A stretch of DNA of 64,000 nt from Prorocentrum cordatum (Eukaryota), in NCBI GenBank assembly GCA_963575745.1, contig CAUYUJ010000126.1:62001-126000 (forward strand), written 5' to 3'. The position numbers were made by a program, and so were the translations under genes. This document shows, one piece after another, positions 11,001 to 23,333 of the stretch (position 1 is its first letter; every line of letters begins with the position of its first letter). The notes beneath the pieces are model-generated. The model searched no databases. It saw only the letters and a list, made by a program, of their open reading frames with translations, and was not told where the DNA came from.

Positions 11001-11592
11001 CCGCCCTTGAGGTGGTCCCCCTGGTCCGACTTCCAGGCAACAGGGAGGGCTGCGGACGCCTCCTGCCACCCCCCGTGTCCTCCCAGCAGCTCCGCACCCC
11101 GTACGATCATGCGCCCAAACGCCTCGTCGCTGTACCCCGGTTCTGTACGAGCCGCCGCCCAGAAATTCACGGCACCACTATCGGTCTCTGGGACCACTCC
11201 TTCGACTCGATCGCGTAGATCGCCCGGCTGTGGGTTGACGCGGGTGATTTCCCTGGTCTCCTCCTCTTGCTCCTCCTCACCCTCGGAACTGTGCCCAGCC
11301 AACGTCGCAGAAAAAATTGTTGACGGTGGGGGGGCTCTCCCACCCCCAGAGTGCTCCGCCGTCGGCAGAGCGCCAGCATCGTCGTGGCGTTCGTACCGCT
11401 TCCAGGCTGGGTTGCTCCAGTTGCCGAGGACCCTCCACCTCGGGTCTTCCCCAATGATGTCCTGCTCCCCGGCCTTCCGTTCACGCCCAGCCTCTCTTGC
11501 AGCTCGGCACCGCGGGCACCTCGTCGCCACATCTCCTGGCACCTTCGCGTCTTCGCGCACTGCGTCACCCAAGTAGACGTCCCAGCCCGCCG

Positions 11593-14500
11593 CTAACACC
11601 TCATGTGGCGGGTGCCCGCCCGTGAAATCCCCACGCAGCGTGTCGGCGTCCACCTGGGGGGGGTACCAGTACCTGCAAGTGACCCCATGTAGAGCAGCAT
11701 CCACACGTCCCGACCGCTGACCTTCGGGTCGTACTTCACCCCCGCAATGACTTCAAGCCGTGCTCGACCCCATGGGTCGACTCGGACCACATGGATTGCC
11801 GTCCCTTGCAGCGCTGGTGGCGGGAAAGCTGCCAGGGTCCTGTAGTCCTTGTCGTGGCTAAGGTGGAGGGCATCGTGGCAGAACATCCTCACGTCCGACT
11901 CGGCGACGGGGATGCAAGCGTCAGGCAGCCCCATGGACGTCTCAGCCTGCTTGGCTGCCTCCCACATCGCGACCCGCCACTGCTGTGCCAGCATCACCTC
12001 TGCCACCAACGGGTCGCCCTCCCCCTTTGAGTACAGGTGGGCCGCGGCCGTGTTAATGAAGACACACCGCCTCTCCTCTGCCTCTCCTGCCTGGCAATCA
12101 GGCAGGTACTCCACCAGCTCCTCGGTAACGGCCAGCTGGCCCCTGTAGTCGAGGATGTCCCAGATTCGCCCCTTGATATGGACTCGACCACGACCAGGTT
12201 CCTCCGCCGGTCCCCACACCACTTTACTCACCTGAACTTCTGGACCCTCAAGTTCTCCCCCGACTCGCTCCACTCGTGACGCCAGGTACGGTCGGGCTTG
12301 GCACGCCAACTCCTCATCGCCCAGCTCCACCGCGTCCTGCAGGATCTCCTCGATCGGGGTGACCTGGCCCCCAAGGTACCCGACCAGCAAGCGGCCGTGA
12401 CAGTACGACCGGAGACGGCTCGGCGCACCAGCGACCAACTTCGCCTCCGGCGAGCTCCTGACCTGATTCGCCATCGCCGGGTGAGCCTTCGCCACCTCTG
12501 GCACATCCTCTGGAAGTTCGGGTGGGTGAACGGCCGCCTCTTGGCCCCAGTAGTCCCGCGTCCAACTCCTGTCGGGGCCCTGCGCCAGCTCCTGCAGCTC
12601 TCGCTCCTGGGCTGTGTACTCCATATCTGTGTACTCCCCGGGCGGCGTGGCAGCCTCTTCCATCACCGCGGGGCGGCTGGCCCCAGATGCTCCTCCTCGC
12701 CGGCCTCCTCGCTGCGCTGCCTGATCCTTTCCCTCCTGCACCTTCGCCGCTTGCTCCTTCTGCGCGTCCACCCGGAGCTGCTTAATCTTGGCGAGACGGT
12801 CCTCGATCATTATCTTCGGTCCCGTCTTCAGCCCTCCCCGCTTGATGTACTGCGCCTTCACCGTCCAGTGTGCCCGGTCGGCGCTCTTGATGCCCTCTGC
12901 GTGGGAACGCTTGCAGGTAGTGGCAGTCTTCGAGCACCCATCGTGGCACGCTGCATCCCAACACTTGGGTTTTCCTTTGGAGTCGTTCGGCCCATGCTTG
13001 ACTGACTCCGCGACCTCCGGCCCAGTCAGGGCCGAGAGGACCTCAGGCGGGAGCTTGACCTTGCTCGCCCCAACCTTCAGGGCTCCCCCTCCTCCTCCTC
13101 CTCCTGTCAGCGCGCCAACCTTCTCTCCCCCTCCGCCGCCTGACTGGGACTGTGGCAGGCCCCCTGCGGGACGACACTCCTCAACCTCCTCCACTCCTCC
13201 CGCTGCCAGGGGCCGCAGCTGGGCGCGGTGAGCGTTCTCCCAGTAGGCATTGTCCGCGGTCTTGACCAGGCGTTCGAAGATGACCGTCCTGAAGTACCCG
13301 TCGGGGTCCTCCACCTCGAACGTCGTGGGCAGCGTCAGCAGCGGCGGTCCCTCGGGCGTCGGCGTCCGAGCGGCGAAGATGAAGTCCTCTTTCCTCATCA
13401 GCTCCTTGTTGCAGTAGCGCTGCACCTCCTTCACCTTCCATCGTAGCTCCTCCCACCAACGCCCGTTCAGCTCCTCCCAGGCGTCCTGGACGAAACGAGC
13501 GGTATACTTCCGCGGCTTCGCCTCGTGCTGTCTGATGAGGTAGTCCAGGGCCTCGCTCCTCTCGTCCCAGTGCTCAGCCCCATATGCCAAACACACAGCC
13601 CATATACCGTTGCGAGCTTGGCGTGCCCACTTCAGCATGTCCACGGGCTGCTTCGGGCGCGGCTCGATCTTGTACTCTGTCGTAGGTACGTAATCGTCGA
13701 ACAGCTCCTCAGGGCAGGTCACCCAATCCGCCACGCTGAGCGCGTGCGCTGCCAGCGTCTCCACCGACTTGCCTCCCCAGGGCCCTGACGCGATGCCGAA
13801 GGCGATTCTGTAGTTGATCAGGGGGGGCCAGCGATGGTGCTTGAACAACGCCGAGGAATGCTCCGCCATGCGCAGGAGCGCCTTGACAAGCGCACGGCCC
13901 AGGTCGTCCGGGCAGATGGCCACCTGGAACCTCCCGCACCCGCGCGCCGCCAGCACCAGCAGCTCGTGGTCCTTCGTGATCGACTGGAGGGTGCCCATCT
14001 TCCCCGCCGCCGCGTCCTCCGCCCGCTTGTTCGTTAAGTCTAGGTTGTACGCGATGTCAGCCATGACCTTGACCATACCCTCGTTGTCCTTCTCCTCTGG
14101 GTCGCCGAGGGCTCCCGCCGACCTCCGAACCTTCTCCGACGGGCCGTAATCCTCTTCGTCGAAACTCACCCGCGATCTCCTTGCAGGAACTCCGAAGGTA
14201 GGCCCAGCCCTTTGTGCGAATAGGTCCATGGGAGGTGGAGTGGGGTCCTGCCCTGGCCGACCCGACGGCGGGCCCCGGCCCGGCTCTGCCCGCACGGTGC
14301 TGCCCCGCAGGTCGACGCCTTGAGCGCCCAGGTCGGTTGCCCGCCGCTTAGGTTCCCACCCTCGAGTGTGACCCCCTTCCTCTCTGGTGGGTCGGCTGGA
14401 CTCGAGCGTCCTCCCCAGGCCAGGAGGCATCTCCACCGCCGCTGGGCGCGCTGTGGGAGGTGTGGGCGGCCGCGCGGGAACAGGAACTGGCCGTGCCAGT

Positions 14501-17210
14501 CCCTTCTGCCGAGCTCCTCCTGCCACCTCCTCCTCATGCGCCTGGCTCAGGCCGCGCCTCTCCCTCAGCAGCTCTACCAGCTGCCTAAGGTTCTCCGACT
14601 CGTCGTCCGACATGAAGGAACCGCGGTCCCTCTCCAAGGCTTCGAGTGACTCGACGATCGCGTCACACGCATCTCCCAGGTCGTCGAAACCTTCGGTGTG
14701 CTGGTACCTCTCGGCCACGTCCAACGGATGTTCCTCTCCGCTCGCCCGTGTCTTCAGGAACTCCAGCGCCAAGGCCGCCTCACCTCGGCGACGCCAGCGC
14801 TCCCGAGCCGCCCCGTTCAGAAGGCCTCCCAACTCTCCTCGAATTAGCGTGTCTCTCCACGGCGGCTGCGTCGGGTACGTAGAGGGGCTCGGGAGCGGCG
14901 GCCTCCGAGCGCGTGTGTCACCTCGTCCTCCTCCTGCCTCCTCAACCCCTCGCGTTAGGATGCACAAGGGGTGGTCCTCCCTTCCCGTCGCGCCGCGCGC
15001 CAGCGCCAGCCCCACCGGGCTTGCTGTCCTGCCGAACTCGTCCATCCCGTCGGGTATCAGGTTCGCCGTCCTCACGATGATGGCCGGCGCTCCTGCTGCT
15101 ACAGCCTCGTCACACACACGGTCATCAATGATCGGCCCCAGGTTGGACGGGACGGTGGCCTGGGCGTCGAGGCCTGGGATGCGATACGTAGTCCAACCAT
15201 CCTCCTCGGCCACCAGCTGGCACCCGTAGCAGTAGTACTTCTTGGCCGTCTCTGCGCCACGGGGGCCCCGCACCATGGCCGTTAGCCATGCACCGCTTGC
15301 AGATACCAAGGGTATGATGGCACGCCCAGCTGTCGGTGTAGGCGATCTCGACCTGTACCGATGGGGCTGCTCGGACGCCATCCCCACCACCACGGGCACT
15401 GGTCCCTCGGCAGCAGCGGCGAGATGAGCGGGCTCCTCTCCCGCCAGGTCGTGCTCCAACACACGTCAGCACCCCGCGGCTCATAACTCTACCCAACGTG
15501 TGGCAGCCGAGGTGCGCACACTTCTTCACTCCTCTCTCGCGCTCGTAGGCGTTCGTGTGCTGCCAGCACAAGTTGACTACCTTCTCGGCCCCCTTGACAT
15601 TCGACTTCTCACCGTCCTCCGTGACCAATCGAACTGGGGCCCCTCGGGCTCGATCTCGGCACTTCTCCTTGCACAGCTGGAATATCGTGTCCCCCTCCTG
15701 GTACAGCACCTCGTGGGCCATGCAGCGCTGGTGTTCCGGCTCCGACTCCGTCTCGGAGTTCGGGTCCTTCAGCAGCGCAGCTGGGGTGTCGGTCTTGCTA
15801 CGCCTGCCGCGCTGGCAACCCCTCTGACCGCAGCGCTTGAGGGACCCGCAGAGCTTGGCACACCCCTTCAACCCCACAGCTGCACAGCCCGGGCCGCGCG
15901 ATGCAGCAGCGGCTCCCACTGCTCGCCCGGCCCAGCACGGCTTCGGCGCTGCCTCCACCAGCGCCTACAAGTTGGTGTCCGTCTCCGCGGTCACGTACCC
16001 GTACGCGGGTGCATGCACGGCGTAGTTGCCGTCGTCCGTGCACGGCGTGTCCCTGCACAGGTGCACCACCTTGTCCTGGGAGTCCTCCAGGAGGTCCCGC
16101 AGTCGCCGTGACGTGGTCGCGAGCACCTCGCGGTACGGCCATGCCACCCCTGCCTTCTTGTACTTGATCCCAGTATTCAGGGGTGGCCTCTCCAGCCTCG
16201 CAGCTGTGTCGCCCACCTTGATGATCAGGTGATGCGGCACTTTGTCGGGCCCCTTGGCGCAGAGCTGGGCGTAGAACTCATTCTCCACGGCGATGGCGGT
16301 GGCTGGTCCGCGTAATTCAGGGACCACTCTTTCCTCCGTGGCTGCAGCCGGCGGCGTCGCGGCTGGACAGCACCATCCCAACGCTCGACCCAGGCAACGG
16401 TCGACCGCCGAGGCAATGGAGTGTAGTCCGTAGCCCAAGCCAATGACGAGAGCCACGATCAACCCCGCGAACGTCGTCCAGCACAACAGGGGCCAGCCAG
16501 TGCCGAAGGCAGCGTAGCCCACCGTATAGAGCCCGCTCCCGACTAACCCGCCTCCGCCCCACATCAGGTCCGACCACTGTACCTCAGACGGCGGCAAGTC
16601 GGAGATCCAGCCCCCCAGCCAGCTCACCCCGAACTCGATTCCTCCGAAGCTGAACCAGCCCCGCAGCTCTTCCTCCTCCTCTGCCTCGCTCCCCGCAGAG
16701 CGGCCCTCGGCATGCTGCGCATCGGACCGAGCCCGCCGGGCGGGGGGCTCGCGGCGCCGACCAGCTAGCCAGCCCCACAGCTCCGCTCGTCGTCGCCGCG
16801 GGCTGCTCTCCTCGCTGTCGCCCGACGGCGCAGCGCGCCCCGCTGGGGGCTGGGCCGCCGCCTCCGGGGGGGGGCTGGCGTCCCTTCCCTCCCGCGGGCG
16901 GGGGCTCCGCCAGTCCAGGGGTGGGTCCTCGCCCCTTCCCTGTTGCAGGCGCTGGCCCTGCGGGTGGTGCTGCTCGGCGCTGCGACCCCTCGGTGGCCGC
17001 CGCCGCGCCGCGGCGCCGCTGGTCCTCCTCCAGCGCCCGCAGCAGAGGCTCGTACGCCCCTCCCCTGTCCTCCTCGGCCTCGGTGGGCAGTGCGCCGTCA
17101 GCGGCTCGAGCTGCGGCGGGCAAGGATGGCGCCGGCGGCACTGCCCGCCACCTGCGGCCAATCTCGACGGCGGCCACGGCCCCGATGATCATCGGCAACA
17201 ACGCCATCAT
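11593..17210 (-). pseudogene. Large ORF1 (gag-like polyprotein) of element 2, interrupted by frameshifts and one in-frame TAG
   Basis: Chain of ORFs 16584..17210, 15965..17161, 15125..15958 (in frame after the TAG at 15965-15967) and 11593..15462 (1289 aa). Contains the CCCH-like motif CWDAACHDGCSKTATTCKRSH. Confidence 0.8.
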
Positions 17211-17340
17211 GCAGGCGATTCACGCCTAGACGCACGCCTCCTCTATCACGGCGCCCTTGGGCGCCTCAACTCCCCATGGCTACCCCTGTGCGGCCCTGGG
17301 CCGCGGGGCGAGTCGCGCCCCCGCGCGACTAGCCCCCCTC

Positions 17341-17477
17341 AAGGGCCCGAGGAGAGACTTGAGCCCCAAAGGGGCCGCGGAGAGGGGGAAAGGGACAGAA
17401 AGCAGGAGAGGACCCTTTCCCCTCACCAGGCACTTACTCCCTGAAACCTTACGTTTTACGCACGCTCAAACTCTCAC
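17341..17477 (-). repeat. Element 2 repeat A1 (5' terminus)
   Basis: Identical to 5671-5807. Confidence 0.96.
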
Positions 17478-17787
17478 CGTGGTCGTCACGGCAGGAACCT
17501 GCCGTCCCATGGGGGCCTGTGGGCCCAGGCATCTGGCCGCCTCAATTTCTCCGATGCGTGGGCCCCCGAGATCTGGACCACTTCCCTGGGGCCGAGTGGT
17601 CTTTCCTGGGTCACTTTTCGACTGCCCTCGAGGCCCGGCGATGGCCTCTGGAGGTCGCAAAAGCAGCATCCTGCCGTTCCAGTTTTTCCAGGGCGTCGGA
17701 TCTCTGGGGAGGGCCTGTCGGGACCACCTCTGGGAGGCCGTCCGTGCCGAGCCTCGGACGGGGGGCCAGGAGGAGGAGGAGACGTCC

Positions 17788-17890
17788 GTTCCAGAGCCTT
17801 CCTGAACGCTCCCAGAGCGTCGCAGCACGCTCCGAGAAGGCCGCGGCGTCCGAGACGTCCTCCAGAGCCGCCGGATCTCAGAAAGTCTCG
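17788..17890 (+). repeat. Dispersed repeat, second copy at ~42799-42900
   Basis: TTCCAGAGC..ACGCTC..GAGAAGGCCGC..GATCTCAGA.AGTCT is shared by both copies. Confidence 0.7.
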
Positions 17891-20245
17891 ATTTACAGAG
17901 GAAGCCCATGCCAAGAGACACCCTGCTTGCCTCCAGGGTGCCCTGGGTGTCTTCTGGGGCTTCGATGGCTTTGTCACGGAAGCCGTGACGCTCCCGCACC
18001 CGAAAAAACAAGGGATTTCTTGGGGTCTCAGGGTTGGGTCTCTTGTGGAAGGTCACTTGTAGCCGAGCTCCTACTGTAAGGTTCGGTGAAACTAGGTCCC
18101 CCCCCCACGGGCGCGAAGATGATCGCGCTCCGCTCACGGCGGCTTGGGTTGGAGACAGCACCCTGCTCCAGGGCGGGCCGCGAGAGGCGCGAGGGGCGCG
18201 AAGCTGGCAGCGCGGGGCGCGAGGCTCGGAGTAAGGTGACCTAGGCCTAAGTCGGGCAGGTCCCTCTGCAGGAGGACTGTCCCAAAGTAGTCAACAAAGC
18301 CTCGTCCTTGTCCTGGCCTCGTCCCCGAATTTGTCCTCGTCCTGGCTTCGTCTTGCGCTCCCGAGGTCGCTGTACGGGGGCCTGGGCGGCCTCGCCGGGG
18401 GCGCGTTCAGCCTCGGCGGAGGGAGCGCGGCACGAGGCGGAGGGAGTGCTCCCCCGCGGGGGGGGAGCATCTGCGGCAGGGCGGCTGGAGAGTTCGTGCG
18501 TCCCCCGCGCTCTCGCAGGCGCCCAACTGCACTCGAGATGCGCCTCCTCCTCGTCCCTCCTCCTCCTGCTGCTGCTCCTCCTCCTCCTCCTCCTCCTGCT
18601 CCTCCACCTCCTCCTCCTCCTCCTCCTGCTCCTCCTCCTCCTGCTCCTCCTCCTCCTCCTCCACCTCCTGCTCCTCCTCCTCCTGCTCCTCCTCCTCCTC
18701 CTCCTCCACCTCCTGCTCCTCCTCCTCCTCCTCCTCCTCCTCCTCCTCCTCCTCCTCCTCCTCCTCCTCCTCCTCCTCCTCCCCCTTCTGCTGCTCCTCC
18801 TCTTCCTCCCCCTCCCCACCTCCTCCTCCTCCTCCTCCTCCTCCTGCTCCTGCTCCTCCCTCTCCTCCTCCTTCTCCTTCTCCTCCTCTTCCTTTCATGT
18901 GCTCGAAATCTGGAGTCCATGAACGCAGCAACTGTCATGGACTCCAGATTTCTTTCAACAACTTCACGGATCTGGACTGGCTCCCTTGTTTTTGAAGAGC
19001 CTTTTTTTATCTGGACTTGGACTGCTGTTTCAAGAGGACGCTTCGAGTGAGGTCCACCTTCTCATCTTAACCTTATAGTATCTCTTCAACCGCTCCTTTG
19101 TTTCCGAGTACCTCTGTACATCTGGACCGGGACTGCTGTTTACGAGGGCGCTTCGAGTGAGGTCCAACTTCTCAGCTTCACATTCTCCAGCCTCTCCACT
19201 TCGTCCTCGATCAGTCTTCTTCCAGGCTGGAGCCTATCTGGGACATGTTTTCGATCCTGAGCCTCCAGGAACATGGGTCATTGGGACCATGTTTTTGAGC
19301 CTGTGACTAAATTGCTCCATCCAGTGTCCCTTCGAGTGTGGTCCAGGGCTGGACCTAAACTGTGTTTTTGGTGATTTCGAGGGCCGTGTTCGTTTCGACT
19401 TCGTTTTGCGGTATAGGCGGATTCGAGACACAAGCGAGGGACAACGAAAACAACACGACAACGAAAAACACCGTTTAGGTGCAGCCCTGGTGTGGTCCGT
19501 CTCTCCAGCCGCCCTGGGGCAGGCGTCCCCCCGCGGCGGATCTCTTCCTCTCTGTGCCGCTCTCCGTCCGTCGACCTTCGCCCTCGCGTTCCAGGTCGCC
19601 GGGGACGACACAGTCACCATCCTTGCCAACCCGTCCCTCTGCAGACGCCCCCTCTGGAGGAGGAGGAGGAGGAGGAGGAGGAGGAGGAGGAGGAGGAGGA
19701 GGACGTCCCCATCCTCTCTTCTTCCCATCCCTTCTGCTATCCTACCCCTGCAGACGCCCCCTCTGGGCCTCCGCCCACGTCTTGGGGGGAAGGCGACTTC
19801 ATCGTCTCGCGGAGGAAGGAGTCGTCCCGGGGGGAAGGGGTGGTGTGGCCGCGCCCAGAGGTCACCTTGAGGCTGGGCGGGTGCCGAACGTCACAAGCGG
19901 CGACAGCTATGCACCGACACTGAGCCTGGCCAGGCTCATCCCGTCTCAAGGCTCCTCCGGGTTCTCCTCCGAGGACGGGGAGGAAGGAGGACTAGTAGCA
20001 GCAGGAGGACCAGGAGGAGGAATACTAGTAGGAGAAGGGGGAGGAGGAGGAGCGGACCTTGGATCAGGATGAGTAGAGAGACGATGAGGATGATGGGGTC
20101 CAGCGGTAATGAGTAATGCTGACGGCGGCGACGACGACGACGACGATGTGGAGAAGGAGGAGGAGGAGGAGGAGGAGGAGGAGGAGGAGGGGGAGGACGT
20201 GGAGGAGAAGGAGGTGGAGTAAGATGAGGGTGCGGATGACGACGA

Positions 20246-22405
20246 CGCGAACGCGCGCGGCCAGGGGCGCGCGAGCTCATTGTCGCCTCGGGCTCGCCTC
20301 GGGCGACGATCCGCGAATGCGGGCGCGCAGGCTCGACGCCGAGCGCCGGGCGCGAATTGCGGCCCCAGGCGCGCCGCAGCGCCCAGAGCCGCGCGCGCCA
20401 TGCGCCCGACCGCGCGGCAGGTGGGGGCCGCAGGTGCGGCGCGCCCCGACCTCTGGCCGTGCGCAGCCTCGCCGCGTCGCAGGTGTTGAACTGATTGGCA
20501 AAGGCGGCGCGACGGCGACAGCGCGCCGCAGCGCGGCCTGGCGGATATTCGCACAGCCCTGCGCTCGTTCGGGGCCTGGCGAGTTGCGCTCAGGGCTTGG
20601 ATGTTGTTCGCAAAGCGCCGCTTGCATGGGGGCGTCTGCGCTGCGCTGCCGCCGGGCTCGGAGGAGCTCTGCCTCTTCGCGCTTGAATGCTGGAATTCCC
20701 GCACCTTCGGGAACCATAAGTGCCAGCTCGCCAAGGCGTGCCGGCTTTTGGGCCGCGACGCTGCTGTGTTCCCAGACCCGGTGGTGTGCCGGGCGCGCAA
20801 AGTTTTCGCGAAGAGGCGCCCGATACGGAGGCCGACCAAACCCTTCGCGTTGCTTTCGCATCTCATGGCCATGCTGGATGCGGGAATATCGTTCCTTGCA
20901 CGCCCTGTTTGCGCTCGCGTGGGGATTCGCACTGCGCGTGCCCTCTGAAGCCCTGCTCATCGAGCGCGGGGATCCTCGCGTCGAGACCAGGCTTCAGCTC
21001 CCAAACAGGGATTTACGCAACCCGGTAGCGCGCGTCGTCTTTCTCGTGACGACCGACGCGGCCTCGCTGCATTATTCCAGGCGCAAGAACCGCGACGGGC
21101 CAACGGTCGCCTGGCGTACCTGCTGGTGCGCCTGCTCCCCTGCCACGTGCGCTGCGCGCCGCCCGGGTTTTCGTCGAAGGGGTCCACGTGGGCGAACCTG
21201 CCTTTCCGTACCTCCAGCGGATCAGCTCCTTGGGGAGTCGCGCTGCCCGCCGCTGCAATCACGCGAGCCATCGGGGCCGCGGCGACCCACGCCGGCGCCC
21301 CCGACAAGGCGTCGGTCACTGGCAAAGCTTTTCGGCGTGGGCACGCTGAAACCAAGAGGCGTTGCTGGGGTCGGCTGTGCGAAAACTTGCGCATCGCGGA
21401 TTGGTCGTCACGGACGTTCTGAGAGTATCTCGACATGGATCGGCATGAATGCGAGGCGACCTCCGAGACGTTGTCCGCCGCGACCGGCGGAAACGCGCCA
21501 AGCGGCGCCGCGTTGCCCACGGGTTCGGACGTGTAAGTCCGGCAACTGTCGAGGGCGCCCTCGCTGCGCGCTCCGGCCTCGGCCAGTCCCCCGTTCGTGT
21601 CAGCTGCGCTCGTTGGGTGGCGCCACGAACGGGCCGCCTGGCCGCCTGTCACTGGGCGGTTGCATCCAGGTGTCCCTGTCGCGGCACCTCGGTGGGCGAA
21701 ACCCTTCGTCGCGCAGGAAGGCCGATCGTAGAGTCGCGGCTGGCGCGCCGCGCCCAATGCGGGCGCGATCGCTCGCTGGGCCGGACGCCCTCGAAGGGGC
21801 GGCCTCATCCGATTGTGGTGGCCCGCGCAAGCGCAGGTTGGTTGCGGGGGCGCGATCGTGGACGGTGGCCCGCGTCCGCGAACGCGCGCGGCTGGGGGCG
21901 CGCTAGCTCGTTGTCGCCTCGGGCGACGATCCGCGAATGCGGGCGCGCAGGCTCGACGCCGAGCGCCGGGCGCAAATCGCGGCCCCAGGCGCGCCGCAGC
22001 GCCCAGAGCCGCGCGCGCCCTGCGCCTGACCGTGCGGCAGGTGGGAGCCGCAGGTGCGGCGCGCCCCGACTTCTGCCCGCGCGCCGCATCGCCGCGGTGC
22101 AGGTGTTGAATCTATTGGCAAAGACGACGCGACGGCGATTGTGCGCCGCGCAGGCTGGTCGGGCGGGCGTTTCGCCCACCCCCCCTGACCCACTAGCTTT
22201 CACCTCGGTTCCGCGAGAGCTCATCCGTTTCAGCTGGGCGGTTGCATCCAGGTGCCCCTGTCGCAGCACCTCGGTTGGCGAAACCCTTTTTCGCGCAGGA
22301 AGGCCGATCGTGGAGTCGCGGCTGGCGCGCCGCGCCCAATGCGGGTGCGATCGCTCGCTGGGCCGGACGCCCTCGAAGCGGCGGGCCGACCTCATCCAAT
22401 TGTGG
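20246..22405 (+). mobile_element. Degenerate YR-only element 3 with an A1-YR-B1-A2-B2 repeat layout
   Basis: A: 20246-20529 matches 21877-22149. B: 21652-21818 matches 22234-22405. The YR pseudogene lies between A1 and B1. Confidence 0.7.
20480..21440 (+). pseudogene. Tyrosine recombinase pseudogene (third family)
   Basis: ALAWGFALRVPSEAL (R), SRRKNR (K), CWCACSPATC, GKAFRRGHA (HxxR-like) and ADWSSRTF*EYLD (W, Y), spread over several frames. Confidence 0.82.
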
Positions 22406-22592
22406 ATGATGCGGATCGTGTTGATGATGAGGCTGATGTTGCTGATGCTGATGACGATGATGATGACCTTGACGATGATGATGCGGATGATGGCGGGGAA
22501 CATGGTGATGATGTTGGTGGAGACGGTGGTAATGCCGCTGTTTCTGAGGATGATGGTGCTGGTTTTGCTGGTGACAATTGTGATGTTGATGG

Positions 22593-22631
<39 letters not shown>

Positions 22632-22933
22632 CGATGATGATGATGATGATGACGATGTCGAGGATGTTGACACCTGGTACGGACGTTGAAGAAGCCGGTG
22701 GTGATGACGATGTGACGACGATGATGTTGCATTTGTTGTGGGTGGTGATATTTCAGGTAATGATGATGATAGTGAGGTGAATGATGATTTTCATGGTAGT
22801 GAAGATGATGAGAATGATGCTGTTGATGCGAGTAAAAGGGGAGGGAGGAGGTGGAGGTCGCCATCGCAGCAGTCCCCCTCCTCTCCGTCGTCGTCGTCGT
22901 CAACGTCGTCGTCGCCATCGTAGTCGTCGTCGA

Positions 22934-22975
<42 letters not shown>

Positions 22976-22980
22976 GATTC
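22406..22980. repeat. Degenerate (GAT)n then (GTC)n microsatellite
   Basis: Visible trinucleotide runs. Confidence 0.95.
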
Positions 22981-23296
22981 AGAGGGTCGCTCTGCTTCCC
23001 CTCTTCTCCCCGCTGCTCCCCGTTCCCTCCCCTCCGCCTCCTCCTCCTCGTCCTCCTCCTCCTCTTCCTCCTCCTTGTCGTCGTCGTCCTCCTCCTCGTT
23101 CTCCTCGTCGTCGACGTCGTCCTCCTCTTCCTCCTCTTCCTCCTCCTCCTCCTTCTCCTCCTCCTCCTCCTCCTTCTCCTCCCTCTCCTCCTCCTCCGCC
23201 TCCTCCTCCTCCTCCTCCTCCCTCCTCCTCCTCCTCCTCCTCCTCCTCCTCCTCCTCCTCCTCCTCCTCCTCCTCCTCCTCCTCCCCGTCTCTTCC

Positions 23297-23333
<37 letters not shown>

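Larger units (their letters stand above)
5380..17477 (-). mobile_element. Complete tyrosine-recombinase retrotransposon 2 (split direct repeats, PAT/Ngaro-like architecture), ~12.1 kb, coding-degenerate
   Basis: Order on the - strand: A1 (17477-17341), ORF1, RT, RNase H, Zn-motif ORF, YR, B1 (6027-5808), A2 (5807-5671), spacer, B2 (5602-5383). GTG occurs at both host junctions and at the B1/A2 junction. Confidence 0.93.
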
